From Christensenellales bacterium (GTDB lineage Bacteria > Bacillota > Clostridia > Christensenellales > JBMNTT01): a DNA stretch of 64,000 nucleotides. How positions within the stretch are numbered: position 1 is the stretch's first letter; the number at the start of each line of letters is the position of its first letter. Location: positions 4,285 through 68,284 of the forward strand of contig JBMNTT010000009.1 of assembly GCA_050945875.1 (NCBI GenBank), written 5' to 3'. The position numbers and the translations under genes were made by a program. A model generated the notes under the pieces. That model saw only the letters and a program-made list of their open reading frames with translations. It searched no databases and was not told the origin of the DNA. Positions 1 to 8,166 of the stretch are shown in pieces.

Positions 1-482
1 ACGACATCCAGGTGCTGATCTGCGACCCTTTCCTGAGCGCCCAGCAGGCCCAGCAGTTGGGCGGGCGCAAGGCCGAGCTGGCGGAGGTCTTCGCCAGCTG
101 CCGGGTGATCAGCAACCATGTGGCCAACCTGCCCGCCACGGTGGGCATGATGCGCTATGAGCACTTCTCGGCAATGCGGCCCTACGCGGTGTTTCTCAAC
201 ACCGGTAGGGGCGCGCAGGTCGTGGAAGCCGATCTGGCCCGCGCCCTGCGGGAGGACCCCACCCGCCTGGCGATCCTGGATGTCACCGATCCTGAGCCGC
301 CGGAGGCGGACTCGCCCCTGATGGGACTAAGCAACGCGCTGCTCACCCCCCACATCGCCGGCAGCTCCGGCGACGAGGTGCGCCGCATGGCCGCCTACGC
401 CGTGGAGGAGCTGGACCGCTATCTGGCCGGCCAGCCCCTGCGGTACGCGGTGACCCTGCCGATGCTGAGCACCATGGCGTGA
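1..482 (+). CDS. D-isomer-specific 2-hydroxyacid dehydrogenase family protein, C-terminal part (5' end outside window)
   Basis: ORF 12..482 is open to the window edge. The C-terminal signature ...LLTPHIAGSSGDE... is typical of the NAD-dependent D-2-hydroxyacid dehydrogenase family. Confidence 0.8.
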   Translation, partial: DIQVLICDPFLSAQQAQQLGGRKAELAEVFASCRVISNHVANLPATVGMMRYEHFSAMRPYAVFLNTGRGAQVVEADLARALREDPTRLAILDVTDPEPPEADSPLMGLSNALLTPHIAGSSGDEVRRMAAYAVEELDRYLAGQPLRYAVTLPMLSTMA

Positions 483-505
483 ACAAGAGAATTGGAGGCG
501 GCAAC

Positions 506-1273
506 ATGCTCCCTGGCTTGGTATCCGTGACCTTTCGGCGCAAGACGCCCCGGGAAATCCTTGAGCTGATGATCCGGGCGGAACTGTGCGCCATCGAGTG
601 GGGCGCAGATGTCCATGTGCCCCCGGGCGACGTGGCCACCGCCGGGGTGGTGGGGGAGATGACCCGGCAGAGCGGCGTCATCATCGCCAGCTACGGCTCC
701 TATCACCGCATGGGCGGCGTGGACGACGCCTTTCTCCGGGTGTTGGACAGCGCCAGCGCCCTGGGCGCGCCGGTGGTGCGCGTCTGGGCGGGCGACCGCC
801 CCTCCGCGGCGTACACCCCCGCCCAGCTGGAGGATTTCATCGCCTCGGCCCGGCGCATGGGCGACGCCTGCGAGGAGCGGGGGTTGTCCCTGGCGCTGGA
901 GTACCACGGCGGCACGCTGACCGACACGCCGGACGCCGCCCGCGCCCTTTTCGACCGGCTGCGGCATCCGGCGATTCTGAGCCATTGGCAGCCGCCGGTC
1001 GGATTGGCCGATGCGGACTGCCTAGACGCTTTGCACCGCATGGCGCCGGACCTGGCCCACTTGCACGTCTTCTCCTGGGACGCGGCGGGTCAGCGCTTAC
1101 CCCTTTCGGCCCGGGAAACGCTCTGGCGACAGGCCCTGAGCGCCGCCGACATCGCGCCGGATTACATGTCGATCCCCCGCTGCGCGCTGCTGGAGTTCGT
1201 GCGCGGGGATGATCCCGATCAGCTCATCGCCGATGCGCACGCGCTGCGCTCCTGGCTGCGCGCCCTGCGCTGA
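506..1273 (+). CDS. sugar phosphate isomerase/epimerase (xylose-isomerase-like TIM barrel) family protein
   Basis: ORF 479..1273. ATG at 506 is preceded by GGAGG with 7-nt spacing. AIEWGADVHV and LALEYHGGT motifs resemble AP-endonuclease-2/xylose-isomerase-like TIM barrels. Confidence 0.7.
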   Translation: MLPGLVSVTFRRKTPREILELMIRAELCAIEWGADVHVPPGDVATAGVVGEMTRQSGVIIASYGSYHRMGGVDDAFLRVLDSASALGAPVVRVWAGDRPSAAYTPAQLEDFIASARRMGDACEERGLSLALEYHGGTLTDTPDAARALFDRLRHPAILSHWQPPVGLADADCLDALHRMAPDLAHLHVFSWDAAGQRLPLSARETLWRQALSAADIAPDYMSIPRCALLEFVRGDDPDQLIADAHALRSWLRALR

Positions 1274-1284
1274 TCCCAAATCAA

Positions 1285-1315
1285 AACGCCCCCTGCTCAA
1301 CAAGCGGGGGGCGTT
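1285..1315. terminator. GC-rich hairpin, bidirectional intrinsic terminator
   Basis: AACGCCCCCTGC / GCGGGGGGCGTT arms with a 6-nt loop, A-run upstream and T-rich tract downstream, lying between convergent genes. Confidence 0.6.
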
Positions 1316-1475
1316 ATTTCTTGCGGCGGTCTGACGACGAGGCTTTTTTCGAGGTCGGCCGCTCGCAGGCCACGGCCCAGCGTCCGGCGCGCAGATGGTA
1401 GGCCCGGCAGGCGGCGCAGTCGCCGCGCCTTGGGCATTTGCGCCCGCAGGGGCACGCGGTCTCCTTCCTCGCCAC
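1314..1475 (-). CDS. small Cys-rich protein (53 aa), below the ORF-track length cut-off
   Basis: Hand translation of the minus strand: V-ARKETACPCGRKCPRRGDCAACRAYHLRAGRWAVACERPTSKKASSSDRRKK-stop. GTG start lies 24 nt after the XRE gene stop. Seven Cys in CxC...C...C..C spacing, basic tail, stop inside the terminator hairpin. Confidence 0.35.
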   Translation of the reverse strand: MARKETACPCGRKCPRRGDCAACRAYHLRAGRWAVACERPTSKKASSSDRRKK

Positions 1476-1499
1476 CGGTTCAGCCGCCCTTCTTCAAAT

Positions 1500-1745
1500 T
1501 CACGCCCGCGAGCGCGGATAGGGCTGCCGTTGGTCGGTCAGGCCCAGGATGTAATCCACGCTGGTGTGGTAGTAGTCCGCCAGGCGAATCAGGACGTCCG
1601 TCGGGATGTCCCGGGTGCCCAGCTCATAATGGGAATAGCAGACCTGGGTACAGCGCAGCAGCTCCGCCAGGTCCCGCTGCCGCAGATCGTGGTCTTCCCG
1701 CAGGTCACGAATGCGACGATATGCCAATAAGATCCCCCACCTCAT
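1500..1745 (-). CDS. XRE-family helix-turn-helix transcriptional regulator
   Basis: ORF 1500..1901. The internal ATG at 1745 gives an 81-aa protein, MRWGILLAYRRIRDLREDHDLRQRDLAELL...ELGTRDIPTDVLIRLADYY, a classic HTH_3/XRE fold sequence. Confidence 0.8.
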   Translation of the reverse strand: MRWGILLAYRRIRDLREDHDLRQRDLAELLRCTQVCYSHYELGTRDIPTDVLIRLADYYHTSVDYILGLTDQRQPYPRSRA

Positions 1746-1870
1746 CTGGAATAACCACAATCCAGTATAGAAATAACATTTTGTTATATTGCGATTTATA
1801 ACAAAATGTTCTATACTGATCCCAGATAGTGTGTCCGAATTTGGCGAAATCATCCGCAGGAGGTCTGTCG

Positions 1871-2686
1871 ATGCCCAGGAGATACCGCTTGTTGGCGGCA
1901 TTGGCCGCGCTTTTCTGGGGACTGGGCTGCGGTTGCTCAGCGCCCGCAGCCCAGCCGAATCCGCAGCCTACGACGAGCCCATCGGCGGTCCACCCGCTGG
2001 CCACCGCCCAGCCCTATCGCGTGGCGGGCTACGGCCGTTTCACCCTGTCCCGGATCGAAACCGCCACCCGCATCCGCACCGGCCAGAGCGGGCTCATGCT
2101 CCAGGCTGGCGATGGGCAGGTTTTCGTGGACATCGTGCTGGTCTACACCAACCAGAGCGCCCAGACGCTGTTGTGCGGACAACTGCTCACCGTCCAAGCG
2201 GTGGTTCCCGACGGCACGGTCCACGCCGAGGCGCTCTACTGCGTGGAGAACGACGCTCACACCCGGCTGATATCGGGTGCCAAAGTGCCGCACCTGGCCA
2301 CCGTTCAGCTGCACTGCATCCTGACCATGCCCAAGACCGAGCAGCCGCTGACGCTGCTGCTCTGCGTGCAGGATCAGGTGTTCAGCCGCGCCTACCAACT
2401 GGGTGAAACCGTGGGCATCCCGACGGCAGAGAGAAAACAGGAGGCCGGCGCGCAAGCGCCGGCCTCCCCTTCTCAGAGCACAACCTGGAGGATCAGCAGC
2501 AGCGCCACCCCCGGAACCCCGAAGAAACCTGTCACCAGCGCGGTGATCGGGTTGATGGCGATGCCCAGCCCCCAAAAACCACCTACCAGGTTGAACAGCC
2601 AGAGCAGCACCCCGCCCAGGATGCCGTTGCCGATCAACCGAATCAGCCACTTGAGCGGCACCAGCAGCAGCCAGCCCACCACATAG
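1871..2686 (+). CDS. putative lipoprotein (DUF4352-like beta-sandwich); 3' end doubtful
   Basis: ATG at 1871 gives MPRRYRLLAALAALFWGLGCGCS with a lipobox-like signal peptide. The frame has no stop until 2686, so it reads through the bofA terminator hairpin and antisense across bofA. Confidence 0.5.
   Translation: MPRRYRLLAALAALFWGLGCGCSAPAAQPNPQPTTSPSAVHPLATAQPYRVAGYGRFTLSRIETATRIRTGQSGLMLQAGDGQVFVDIVLVYTNQSAQTLLCGQLLTVQAVVPDGTVHAEALYCVENDAHTRLISGAKVPHLATVQLHCILTMPKTEQPLTLLLCVQDQVFSRAYQLGETVGIPTAERKQEAGAQAPASPSQSTTWRISSSATPGTPKKPVTSAVIGLMAMPSPQKPPTRLNSQSSTPPRMPLPINRISHLSGTSSSQPTT
2440..2467 (-). terminator. intrinsic terminator downstream of bofA
   Basis: GGAGGCCGGCGC-GCAA-GCGCCGGCCTCC perfect hairpin, 5 nt after the bofA stop, followed on the minus strand by TGTTTTCTCTCT. 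Confidence 0.65.
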
Positions 2687-2733
2687 AGCAGCACCAGCCC
2701 TAACATGTAGGCCAACACCACTTCCCATTGCAT
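2473..2733 (-). CDS. bofA: pro-sigmaK processing inhibitor BofA
   Basis: 86-aa two-TM protein. PLKWLIRL...NLVGGFWGLGIAINPITALVTGFFGVPGVALL matches the B. subtilis BofA pattern (PLKWI...N.FGG..G..IPIN..T....G.LGIPG.A.L). RBS AAAGGAGG. Position after recR matches the B. subtilis order. Confidence 0.8.
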   Translation of the reverse strand: MQWEVVLAYMLGLVLLYVVGWLLLVPLKWLIRLIGNGILGGVLLWLFNLVGGFWGLGIAINPITALVTGFFGVPGVALLLILQVVL

Positions 2734-2798
2734 CCGCCCCGCCTCCTTTGTCGTCCGCTAGGCGATTGTATGCAGCGGGACGGGCCGGTATGTCCGCC

Positions 2799-3392
2799 CT
2801 ACATCTCGCGCCGGCCGTTCATGGCCATGGACAGGGTGACCTCGTCGGTGTACTCGAGGTCCCCGCCCATGGGCACGCCGTGGGCGATGCGGGTCACTTT
2901 GACGCCCAGGGGTTTGAGCAATTTGGCGATGTAGGCCGCAGTGGCCTCCCCCTCGATGTCCGGATTGGTGGCCAGGATGACCTCGCCGATCTGTTCCTCC
3001 TGCACCCGGGTGAGCAGCTCGCCAATGCGGATATCCTCAGGGCCGCGGCCCTCCATGGGCGATATCGTGCCGCCCAGCACATGATAGGTGCCCAAAAAGT
3101 CGCGGATGCGCTCCATGGCCACCACGTCCTTGGCCTCCTTGACCACGCAGATCACCCCGTTGTGGCGCTGGGGATTGTCGCAGATTTCGCAGGTATCTCG
3201 GTCGGTCAGCGCGCCGCACACGCGGCAGGGACGAATGTGCTTGCGCCCTTGCCAGATGGCCTCCGCCAGGGCGCGCACCTGATCCTCGGGCTGGTTGACA
3301 ATAAAATAGGCCAAGCGCTGCGCGCTCTTCGGTCCGATACCCGGCAGCCGGGAGAGATGGGTCACCATCCGCTCCATCCATTCGATCGCCAA
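2799..3392 (-). CDS. recR: recombination protein RecR
   Basis: [15 protein letters not shown] helix-hairpin-helix, C4 zinc finger [16 protein letters not shown], Toprim region. TTG start with GAGGAGGGG RBS. Confidence 0.95.
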   Translation of the reverse strand: MAIEWMERMVTHLSRLPGIGPKSAQRLAYFIVNQPEDQVRALAEAIWQGRKHIRPCRVCGALTDRDTCEICDNPQRHNGVICVVKEAKDVVAMERIRDFLGTYHVLGGTISPMEGRGPEDIRIGELLTRVQEEQIGEVILATNPDIEGEATAAYIAKLLKPLGVKVTRIAHGVPMGGDLEYTDEVTLSMAMNGRREM

Positions 3393-3452
3393 GGTTTCCC
3401 CTCCTCATTTTGGAAAAAATCCGGCGCATGGCTCCCATGCGCCGGTTTCGGA

Positions 3453-3788
3453 TTAGAACATGCCGCCCATGCGGCCGCCGGTGACCTTGGCCATGTCCTG
3501 GTTGGCCATCTCGTCGGCCATGCGCAGCGCCTCGTTGACCGCGGCGATGACCAAGTCCTGGAGCATCTCCACATCGTCCGGGTCCACGGCCTCGGGCTTG
3601 ATCTCGATGGTTTTGACCACCTTCTTGCCAGTGACGGTGACGGACACCATCCCGCCGCCCGAGGTCGCGGTGACCTCCTTGTTCTCCAGCTCCGCCTGAA
3701 TGCGCTCCATCTCCTGTTGCATCTTCTGGGCCTGGCGCAGCATCTGCTGCATGTTGCCGCCGCCCATGGGGAATCCGCCTCGTGCCAT
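3453..3788 (-). CDS. ybaB: YbaB/EbfC family nucleoid-associated protein
   Basis: [35 protein letters not shown]...[29 protein letters not shown] is the YbaB/EbfC signature. Lies between dnaX and recR. ATG at 3788 with GGAGGAG RBS. Confidence 0.9.
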   Translation of the reverse strand: MARGGFPMGGGNMQQMLRQAQKMQQEMERIQAELENKEVTATSGGGMVSVTVTGKKVVKTIEIKPEAVDPDDVEMLQDLVIAAVNEALRMADEMANQDMAKVTGGRMGGMF

Positions 3789-3816
3789 GTGTATCTCCTC
3801 CATTATGCTTGTCAGT

Positions 3817-5859
3817 TTATTCGTCGTCATCCCACGGAGGGCGCTCCTCCAGGGGGATGGGGGTCACTTCCACCGCCTCCTCGCCAAAGAGCTCCTTGGC
3901 TTTGGCGACCAAGGGTTCCTCCGGGGGCAGGTTGTCCGATACTGGGGCGGCCGCGCCGGTCGCAGGCGTGCCGGACGCGGCCCTCGCCGCCGGGGCCACA
4001 GCCGGGCGCGACACCTGGGCTGGCTGCGTCGCGGTCGGCGCGCTGGACGCGGGCCTCGCCGCCGCGGGCCGAGGCGCGCCCTTCCTGGCCGACCGGCCCA
4101 TCACCCGCATGGGTCGCCCGGCGGCCTGGGTCGCCGCCTCGGCCAGGTAAGCGCGGTTGCTCTCGCGCTCCATCTGCCCGATCGAGACCCCGCCGTTGTC
4201 CGGCATCTGCACGGTCAGCAGGTCGCCTTCCACGCCCAGGGCGACGCCGCCGTCGATCATGAAAAACAGACTGGGCCGCTCCCGCTGGGTGCGAGCCAAG
4301 ATGCGCTGCCAGATTTCCTGGGCGTCCGAGGAGGGAGCCTGCGCCGGCTCGGGTTCGGATTCCATCCGAGGCCGCTCCCCCCTGCGGGATCGCGAGGGGA
4401 GCCTGGCGGGCACCGGCGGCATCTGATCGGGCGCATGGGGCCTGACGGGCGCGGCAGCGCGGGGCGTCGCCGCCTCCCACGGTGGCGCGCTCGACTCCGG
4501 GGGCGCGCTCTCCAGCCAGGGCGGCGGCGCATCCTCGAAGGGATCGCTGGGCGCGGCGGGATCGCTGAGCGCCGAGGCGCCGGGCGCGGCCTGGGGGATC
4601 TCCTCTGAGCTTACCGGAGCGCTGGGCGCCGCTGGGGGCGCATCCGCCAAGTCTTCCGCAGTCTCATCCGCGGCCCGCGATGGCTTCTGGACGGCGACCG
4701 CGGGCAAGCCCTGGGCCAGCTGCCGCTCAAGCCGCTCCACCCGGGCGATCAGCCCTTCCAAGGTGCGCTCGCGCTCGGCATGGCAGCCGCGCACCGTCGC
4801 CATCTCCAGCAGGATGCGCGGTTCGGTGGACCACTTTAGGTCGTTCTCCAGCCGGGTGAACAGGTCCAGGGCAAAGAGCAGGGCATCCACGCTCGCCCCC
4901 CGCGCCTGGTCCACATAGCTCTGAGCGGTCTCGGCCGTCATGTCCAAAGCCTGAGGAGCGTCCCGGCTGATCTTGGCCAGCAGCAGGTTGCGCAGGTGCT
5001 CGCTCATCTCCCGGGCGAGCACCGCGTAATCGTGCCCCTGGCGGAGCATCGTATCCACCCGATCCAGGGCGGCGGCTGCGTCCGCGGCCATCATGGCCTC
5101 GGACAGGGCAAAGAGCTGGGTGCCATCCACCACGCCCAGAACGCTCGCCGCGTCCTGGCCGGAGACATGCCCGCCGCAGAAGGCCAGGCACTGATCCGCC
5201 ATGTTCCACGCGTCGCGCACGCTGCCCTGAGCCGCCCGGGCAATCAGGGCGATGGCCTCGGGGGAGATATCGGTCCCCTCCCGGGTGAATACGTCCGTCA
5301 AGCGGGTGGCGATATCCCCAGCGCTGACCCGCTCGAAATCGAACCGTTGGCAGCGCGAGAGGATGGTGGCGGGCAGTCGGTGCGGCTCGGTGGTGGCCAG
5401 GATGAACACGCCGTGGGGCGGCGGCTCCTCCAGGGTCTTGAGCAGAGCGTTGAAGGCTCCGCTGGAGAGCATGTGCACCTCGTCGATGATGTATACCCGG
5501 TAGCGGCCCACCGAAGGGGGATAGTTGATCTTCTCCCGCAGGTCGCGGATCTCCTCCACGCCGTTGTTGCTGGCCGCGTCGATTTCTAGGATATCCAGGG
5601 TTTCGCTCTGAGCCAGGCGCGTGCACGCGTCGCAGACGCCGCAGGGGTTGCCCTGCTGAGGGTCCAGGCAGTTGATCGCCCGGGCCATGATTTTAGCGGT
5701 GGTGGTTTTGCCGGTGCCCCGGGGGCCGCAGAACAGATAGGCATGGGAGATGCGCCCCGAGGCCACCTGGTTCTTCAGGGTGCGCACGATGGCCTGCTGA
5801 CCGACCATCTCGTCGAAGCTTTGGGGGCGCCATTTCCGATAGAGCGCCTGGTATGCCAA
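3817..5859 (-). CDS. dnaX: DNA polymerase III subunit gamma/tau
   Basis: N-terminus [15 protein letters not shown]..., Walker [10 protein letters not shown], zinc module CGVCDAC. Long Pro/Ala-rich linker and C-terminal domain. TTG start with GGAGGTG RBS. Confidence 0.95.
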   Translation of the reverse strand: MAYQALYRKWRPQSFDEMVGQQAIVRTLKNQVASGRISHAYLFCGPRGTGKTTTAKIMARAINCLDPQQGNPCGVCDACTRLAQSETLDILEIDAASNNGVEEIRDLREKINYPPSVGRYRVYIIDEVHMLSSGAFNALLKTLEEPPPHGVFILATTEPHRLPATILSRCQRFDFERVSAGDIATRLTDVFTREGTDISPEAIALIARAAQGSVRDAWNMADQCLAFCGGHVSGQDAASVLGVVDGTQLFALSEAMMAADAAAALDRVDTMLRQGHDYAVLAREMSEHLRNLLLAKISRDAPQALDMTAETAQSYVDQARGASVDALLFALDLFTRLENDLKWSTEPRILLEMATVRGCHAERERTLEGLIARVERLERQLAQGLPAVAVQKPSRAADETAEDLADAPPAAPSAPVSSEEIPQAAPGASALSDPAAPSDPFEDAPPPWLESAPPESSAPPWEAATPRAAAPVRPHAPDQMPPVPARLPSRSRRGERPRMESEPEPAQAPSSDAQEIWQRILARTQRERPSLFFMIDGGVALGVEGDLLTVQMPDNGGVSIGQMERESNRAYLAEAATQAAGRPMRVMGRSARKGAPRPAAARPASSAPTATQPAQVSRPAVAPAARAASGTPATGAAAPVSDNLPPEEPLVAKAKELFGEEAVEVTPIPLEERPPWDDDE

Positions 5860-5891
5860 GCAATCACCTCCCCAGAAATCCTGATCGTTTC

Positions 5892-5920
5892 ATTATACCG
5901 AATCGGGCGGGGCTTTTCAA
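5892..5920 (-). promoter_or_regulatory. sigma-A-type promoter for dnaX
   Basis: Minus strand TTGAAA (5915-5920), 17 nt, TATAAT (5892-5897), about 30 nt upstream of the dnaX RBS. Confidence 0.5.
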
Positions 5921-5945
5921 CCGAACAGGGCGCGCCAGCTTCAGC

Positions 5946-6051
5946 GCGCGCGGGGCCTGCATGCGCGACCGCCTGCCGCCAAGGACTGCACGCGCGACCG
6001 CCTGCCGCCAAGGACTGCACGCGCGACCGTCTGCCGCCACAAGGCCTGCAT
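5946..6051. repeat. intergenic tandem repeat, about 3.5 copies of a 29-31 bp unit
   Basis: GCGCGACCGCCTGCCGCCAAGGACTGCAC at 5963-5991 and, identical, at 5992-6020. Diverged third copy at 6021-6051 and a partial copy at 5946-5962. Confidence 0.85.
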
Positions 6052-6082
6052 GCCCGGCGGCGATCCGCGCCCGGCATGGGGC

Positions 6083-6802
6083 TCACGCCATCGCCATCAG
6101 CGCGCGCAGGGCCCGCTCGTACCGGCCGATCAGCCCATCGGCATGGCCGCCCTTGTTCCAGACCATCCGCACCCAGCCCGGCTGGGCCAGTTGGCTGGCC
6201 AGCAGGTCCGCCATGGCCTGGGCGTCCTCCCCCACATGGGCCATAACCGGGTTGCGGGTGCGGGGCTCCTCCCGCCCCAGGGAGAGATATACCCGCGCGT
6301 CCAACCGGCGTGGCTGGTGAGTTCGGGCATAATCCATCCAGCCCTCAAACCACAAGGAGCCGGACAGGCAGCCGACGCCCCCGAAAGCGTCGGTGGCATA
6401 CAGGGTGGATAGCGCTGCCAGCCCTGCCAGGGAGTAGCCCACCAGGGTGCGATCCCCCGCCGCCAGGCCAAAGCGCGCCTCGGCCTCGGGCAGCACCGAT
6501 CCGAGCAACCAGGCCAGGGTCTTCGGATACCCGCCGGTAAAGACGCCGGTGCCCGGCAGGGCCGGGGCGGGCCAGGGCGAGTAATCGTCCCACCAGTCGG
6601 TCCCCGGCACGCTCACCAGCGCGAAAGGCTGCACCGAGACGCCAAAATCCTTCTCCAGCATGCCCATCACCTGGGCCAGCAGCGGTCCCTCCCCGCCAAA
6701 CACATACACCGCCGGGCAAGGCGCCGACCGCAGAGCCCTGGGCGGCAGATACACCCATCCCTCCCGCCCGGCCAGGGTCTGCCGGGTCAGTTGGCCGCGC
6801 AC
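6083..6802 (-). CDS. alpha/beta-hydrolase esterase family protein
   Basis: 239 aa with nucleophile elbow GYSLAG and overall resemblance to the putative-esterase (enterochelin-esterase-like) family. GTG start 4 nt after the upstream stop. Confidence 0.65.
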   Translation of the reverse strand: MRGQLTRQTLAGREGWVYLPPRALRSAPCPAVYVFGGEGPLLAQVMGMLEKDFGVSVQPFALVSVPGTDWWDDYSPWPAPALPGTGVFTGGYPKTLAWLLGSVLPEAEARFGLAAGDRTLVGYSLAGLAALSTLYATDAFGGVGCLSGSLWFEGWMDYARTHQPRRLDARVYLSLGREEPRTRNPVMAHVGEDAQAMADLLASQLAQPGWVRMVWNKGGHADGLIGRYERALRALMAMA

Positions 6803-6806
6803 CCGG

Positions 6807-7796
6807 TCACACCCGGGCGATGCCCAATTGCTTGGAGACCGCCATGAGATGGTCGATGTCCGCCTGCACCAAACGCCCGTGAATATCCGGGGGCATGTTG
6901 ATCACCAACAGGTTATCCGCCGCCACAAGGGTGCGGTAGTTGGCGACGATCTCCGCCACGTCGATGAAGGGCTCATTGTCATAGTGGTTGGAGTAGAACC
7001 AGCTGAAGCCCTGGCGCGAGCAGATGGTCATCTCAAAGGGCATATAGTAGACCTCGCCGCCAAAGGTGTAGAGCTTGGGATCGTCCGCCCGGCACATGTG
7101 GGGGTCCCACAGACGAAAATCCGACGGGAAGACCCGCAGAGGATCCATCTGCTGATAGTTCTTGGGCAGATAGCGCTCCTCGGGCTGGCGGGCCAGATCG
7201 TCATACACGCCGACGGTGTGGTTGACGCCGATCTGGCAGTCAGGCTGCAAGCGCTTGACCAGGTCGTACACCCGATCCAGGCCCCACTGGCTGGGCTTCT
7301 TGTCCCATACGCCGTCGAGCCACAGCTCCACCACCTCGCCGTAACGGCCGTCCATCAGCTCGGTGAGCTGGCCCAGCATGTACTGCACATAGGCCTCATG
7401 GTCGGCATAGCAGGGCTCGTGCCGGTCCCAAAGGGAATAGTACAGGCCGAGTTTGACGCCGTACTTTTGGCAGGCGCGGCTGACCTCGGCCACCACATCC
7501 ACCGGCATGGACGAGCGCATCACGCCGTAGTCGGTGAACTTGGTGTCGAACATGGAGAATCCGTCGTGGTGCTTGGTGATCACCACCACATAGTTCATGC
7601 CCGCCTCCCAGGCCGTGCGCACCCACTGGTCCGCGTCGATGCCCGAGGGGGCGTACAGGCTGACCGGGAAGGTTCCGTCGCTCCACTCGACGTTACCGAA
7701 GGTGTTGATGCCAAAATGCAGAAACATGCCGAACTTGCGCGCGATCTGGGCCTGTTGGGCGGGGGTGGGCGCGCGGCCGGGCTGTTGGGTGATCAT
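6807..7796 (-). CDS. alpha-L-fucosidase (GH29)
   Basis: FGMFLHFGINTF...VVITKHHDGFSMFDT... are GH29 hallmark motifs. ATG at 7796 is preceded by AAAGGATGG; the track start at 7832 is a GTG without an RBS. Confidence 0.85.
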   Translation of the reverse strand: MITQQPGRAPTPAQQAQIARKFGMFLHFGINTFGNVEWSDGTFPVSLYAPSGIDADQWVRTAWEAGMNYVVVITKHHDGFSMFDTKFTDYGVMRSSMPVDVVAEVSRACQKYGVKLGLYYSLWDRHEPCYADHEAYVQYMLGQLTELMDGRYGEVVELWLDGVWDKKPSQWGLDRVYDLVKRLQPDCQIGVNHTVGVYDDLARQPEERYLPKNYQQMDPLRVFPSDFRLWDPHMCRADDPKLYTFGGEVYYMPFEMTICSRQGFSWFYSNHYDNEPFIDVAEIVANYRTLVAADNLLVINMPPDIHGRLVQADIDHLMAVSKQLGIARV

Positions 7797-7887
7797 CACA
7801 AATCCATCCTTTCTCGCAGACAATTTGTCCACTCCATTGTACCTGATCCCGCGGGGTTTGCAAAGCGCCCTCCCTGAAAAAGAATCC

Positions 7888-7916
7888 TTGACAAATCTCC
7901 AAGCCCGGCCTATACT
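7888..7916 (+). promoter_or_regulatory. sigma-A-type promoter of the thrS leader
   Basis: TTGACA (7888-7893), 17 nt, TATACT (7911-7916). Confidence 0.6.
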
Positions 7917-7924
7917 GACCCCAA

Positions 7925-8135
7925 TATTTCATCCCGTGATGGGGAAGAGTAGCCCTGATGCCTCAGGCAGAGAGAGCGGCGCCACCGGCTGAAAGCCCGC
8001 TCATGTAGGTTCAGGCGTGAAGACCACCCCCGGAGGATGTCGGCTGGGCCCGATACCGCCCTCAAGAGACAAGCAATTTGGGTGGAACCGTGGGTTGAGA
8101 GACCCGCCCCTTACTGGGGCGGGTCTTTTTGCTTT
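7925..8135 (+). promoter_or_regulatory. T-box leader (threonine specifier) controlling thrS
   Basis: Stem-I elements (AGAGA ... GGCTGAAAG), candidate specifier ACC followed by A in GAAGACCACC, conserved T-box sequence AATTTGGGTGGAACCGTGG (8075-8093), and terminator GAGACCCGCCCC-TTAC-TGGGGCGGGTCTTTTT (8098-8130) directly before thrS. Confidence 0.85.
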
Positions 8136-8166
8136 CACGAGATGGAAGGAAAAGGAGGAAAAGACC

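Noticed and set aside
2748-4262. 504-aa plus-strand ORF; the 404-aa ORF at 8521..9735 (minus) and the 452-aa ORF at 31097..32455 (minus) are rejected for the same reason
   Set aside because: All are antisense to strongly supported genes (recR/ybaB/dnaX, thrS, rnr), lack motifs, and have Arg/Gly/Ala/His-biased composition.
3817-5859. Programmed ribosomal frameshift site in dnaX, as in E. coli gamma/tau
   Set aside because: I saw no A-AAA-AAG-type slippery heptamer followed by a stable hairpin in the relevant linker region, and Firmicute dnaX genes are not known to use it.
5946-6051. Possible CRISPR array
   Set aside because: The repeats are contiguous with no spacers, only about 3.5 units are present, and there are no cas genes in the window.
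5860-6082. Looked for the SRP (4.5S/scRNA) gene that precedes dnaX in Bacillus subtilis
   Set aside because: Neither strand contains the conserved SRP domain-IV motifs (GGAAGCAG-type loop context). The space is filled by the dnaX promoter and a tandem repeat.
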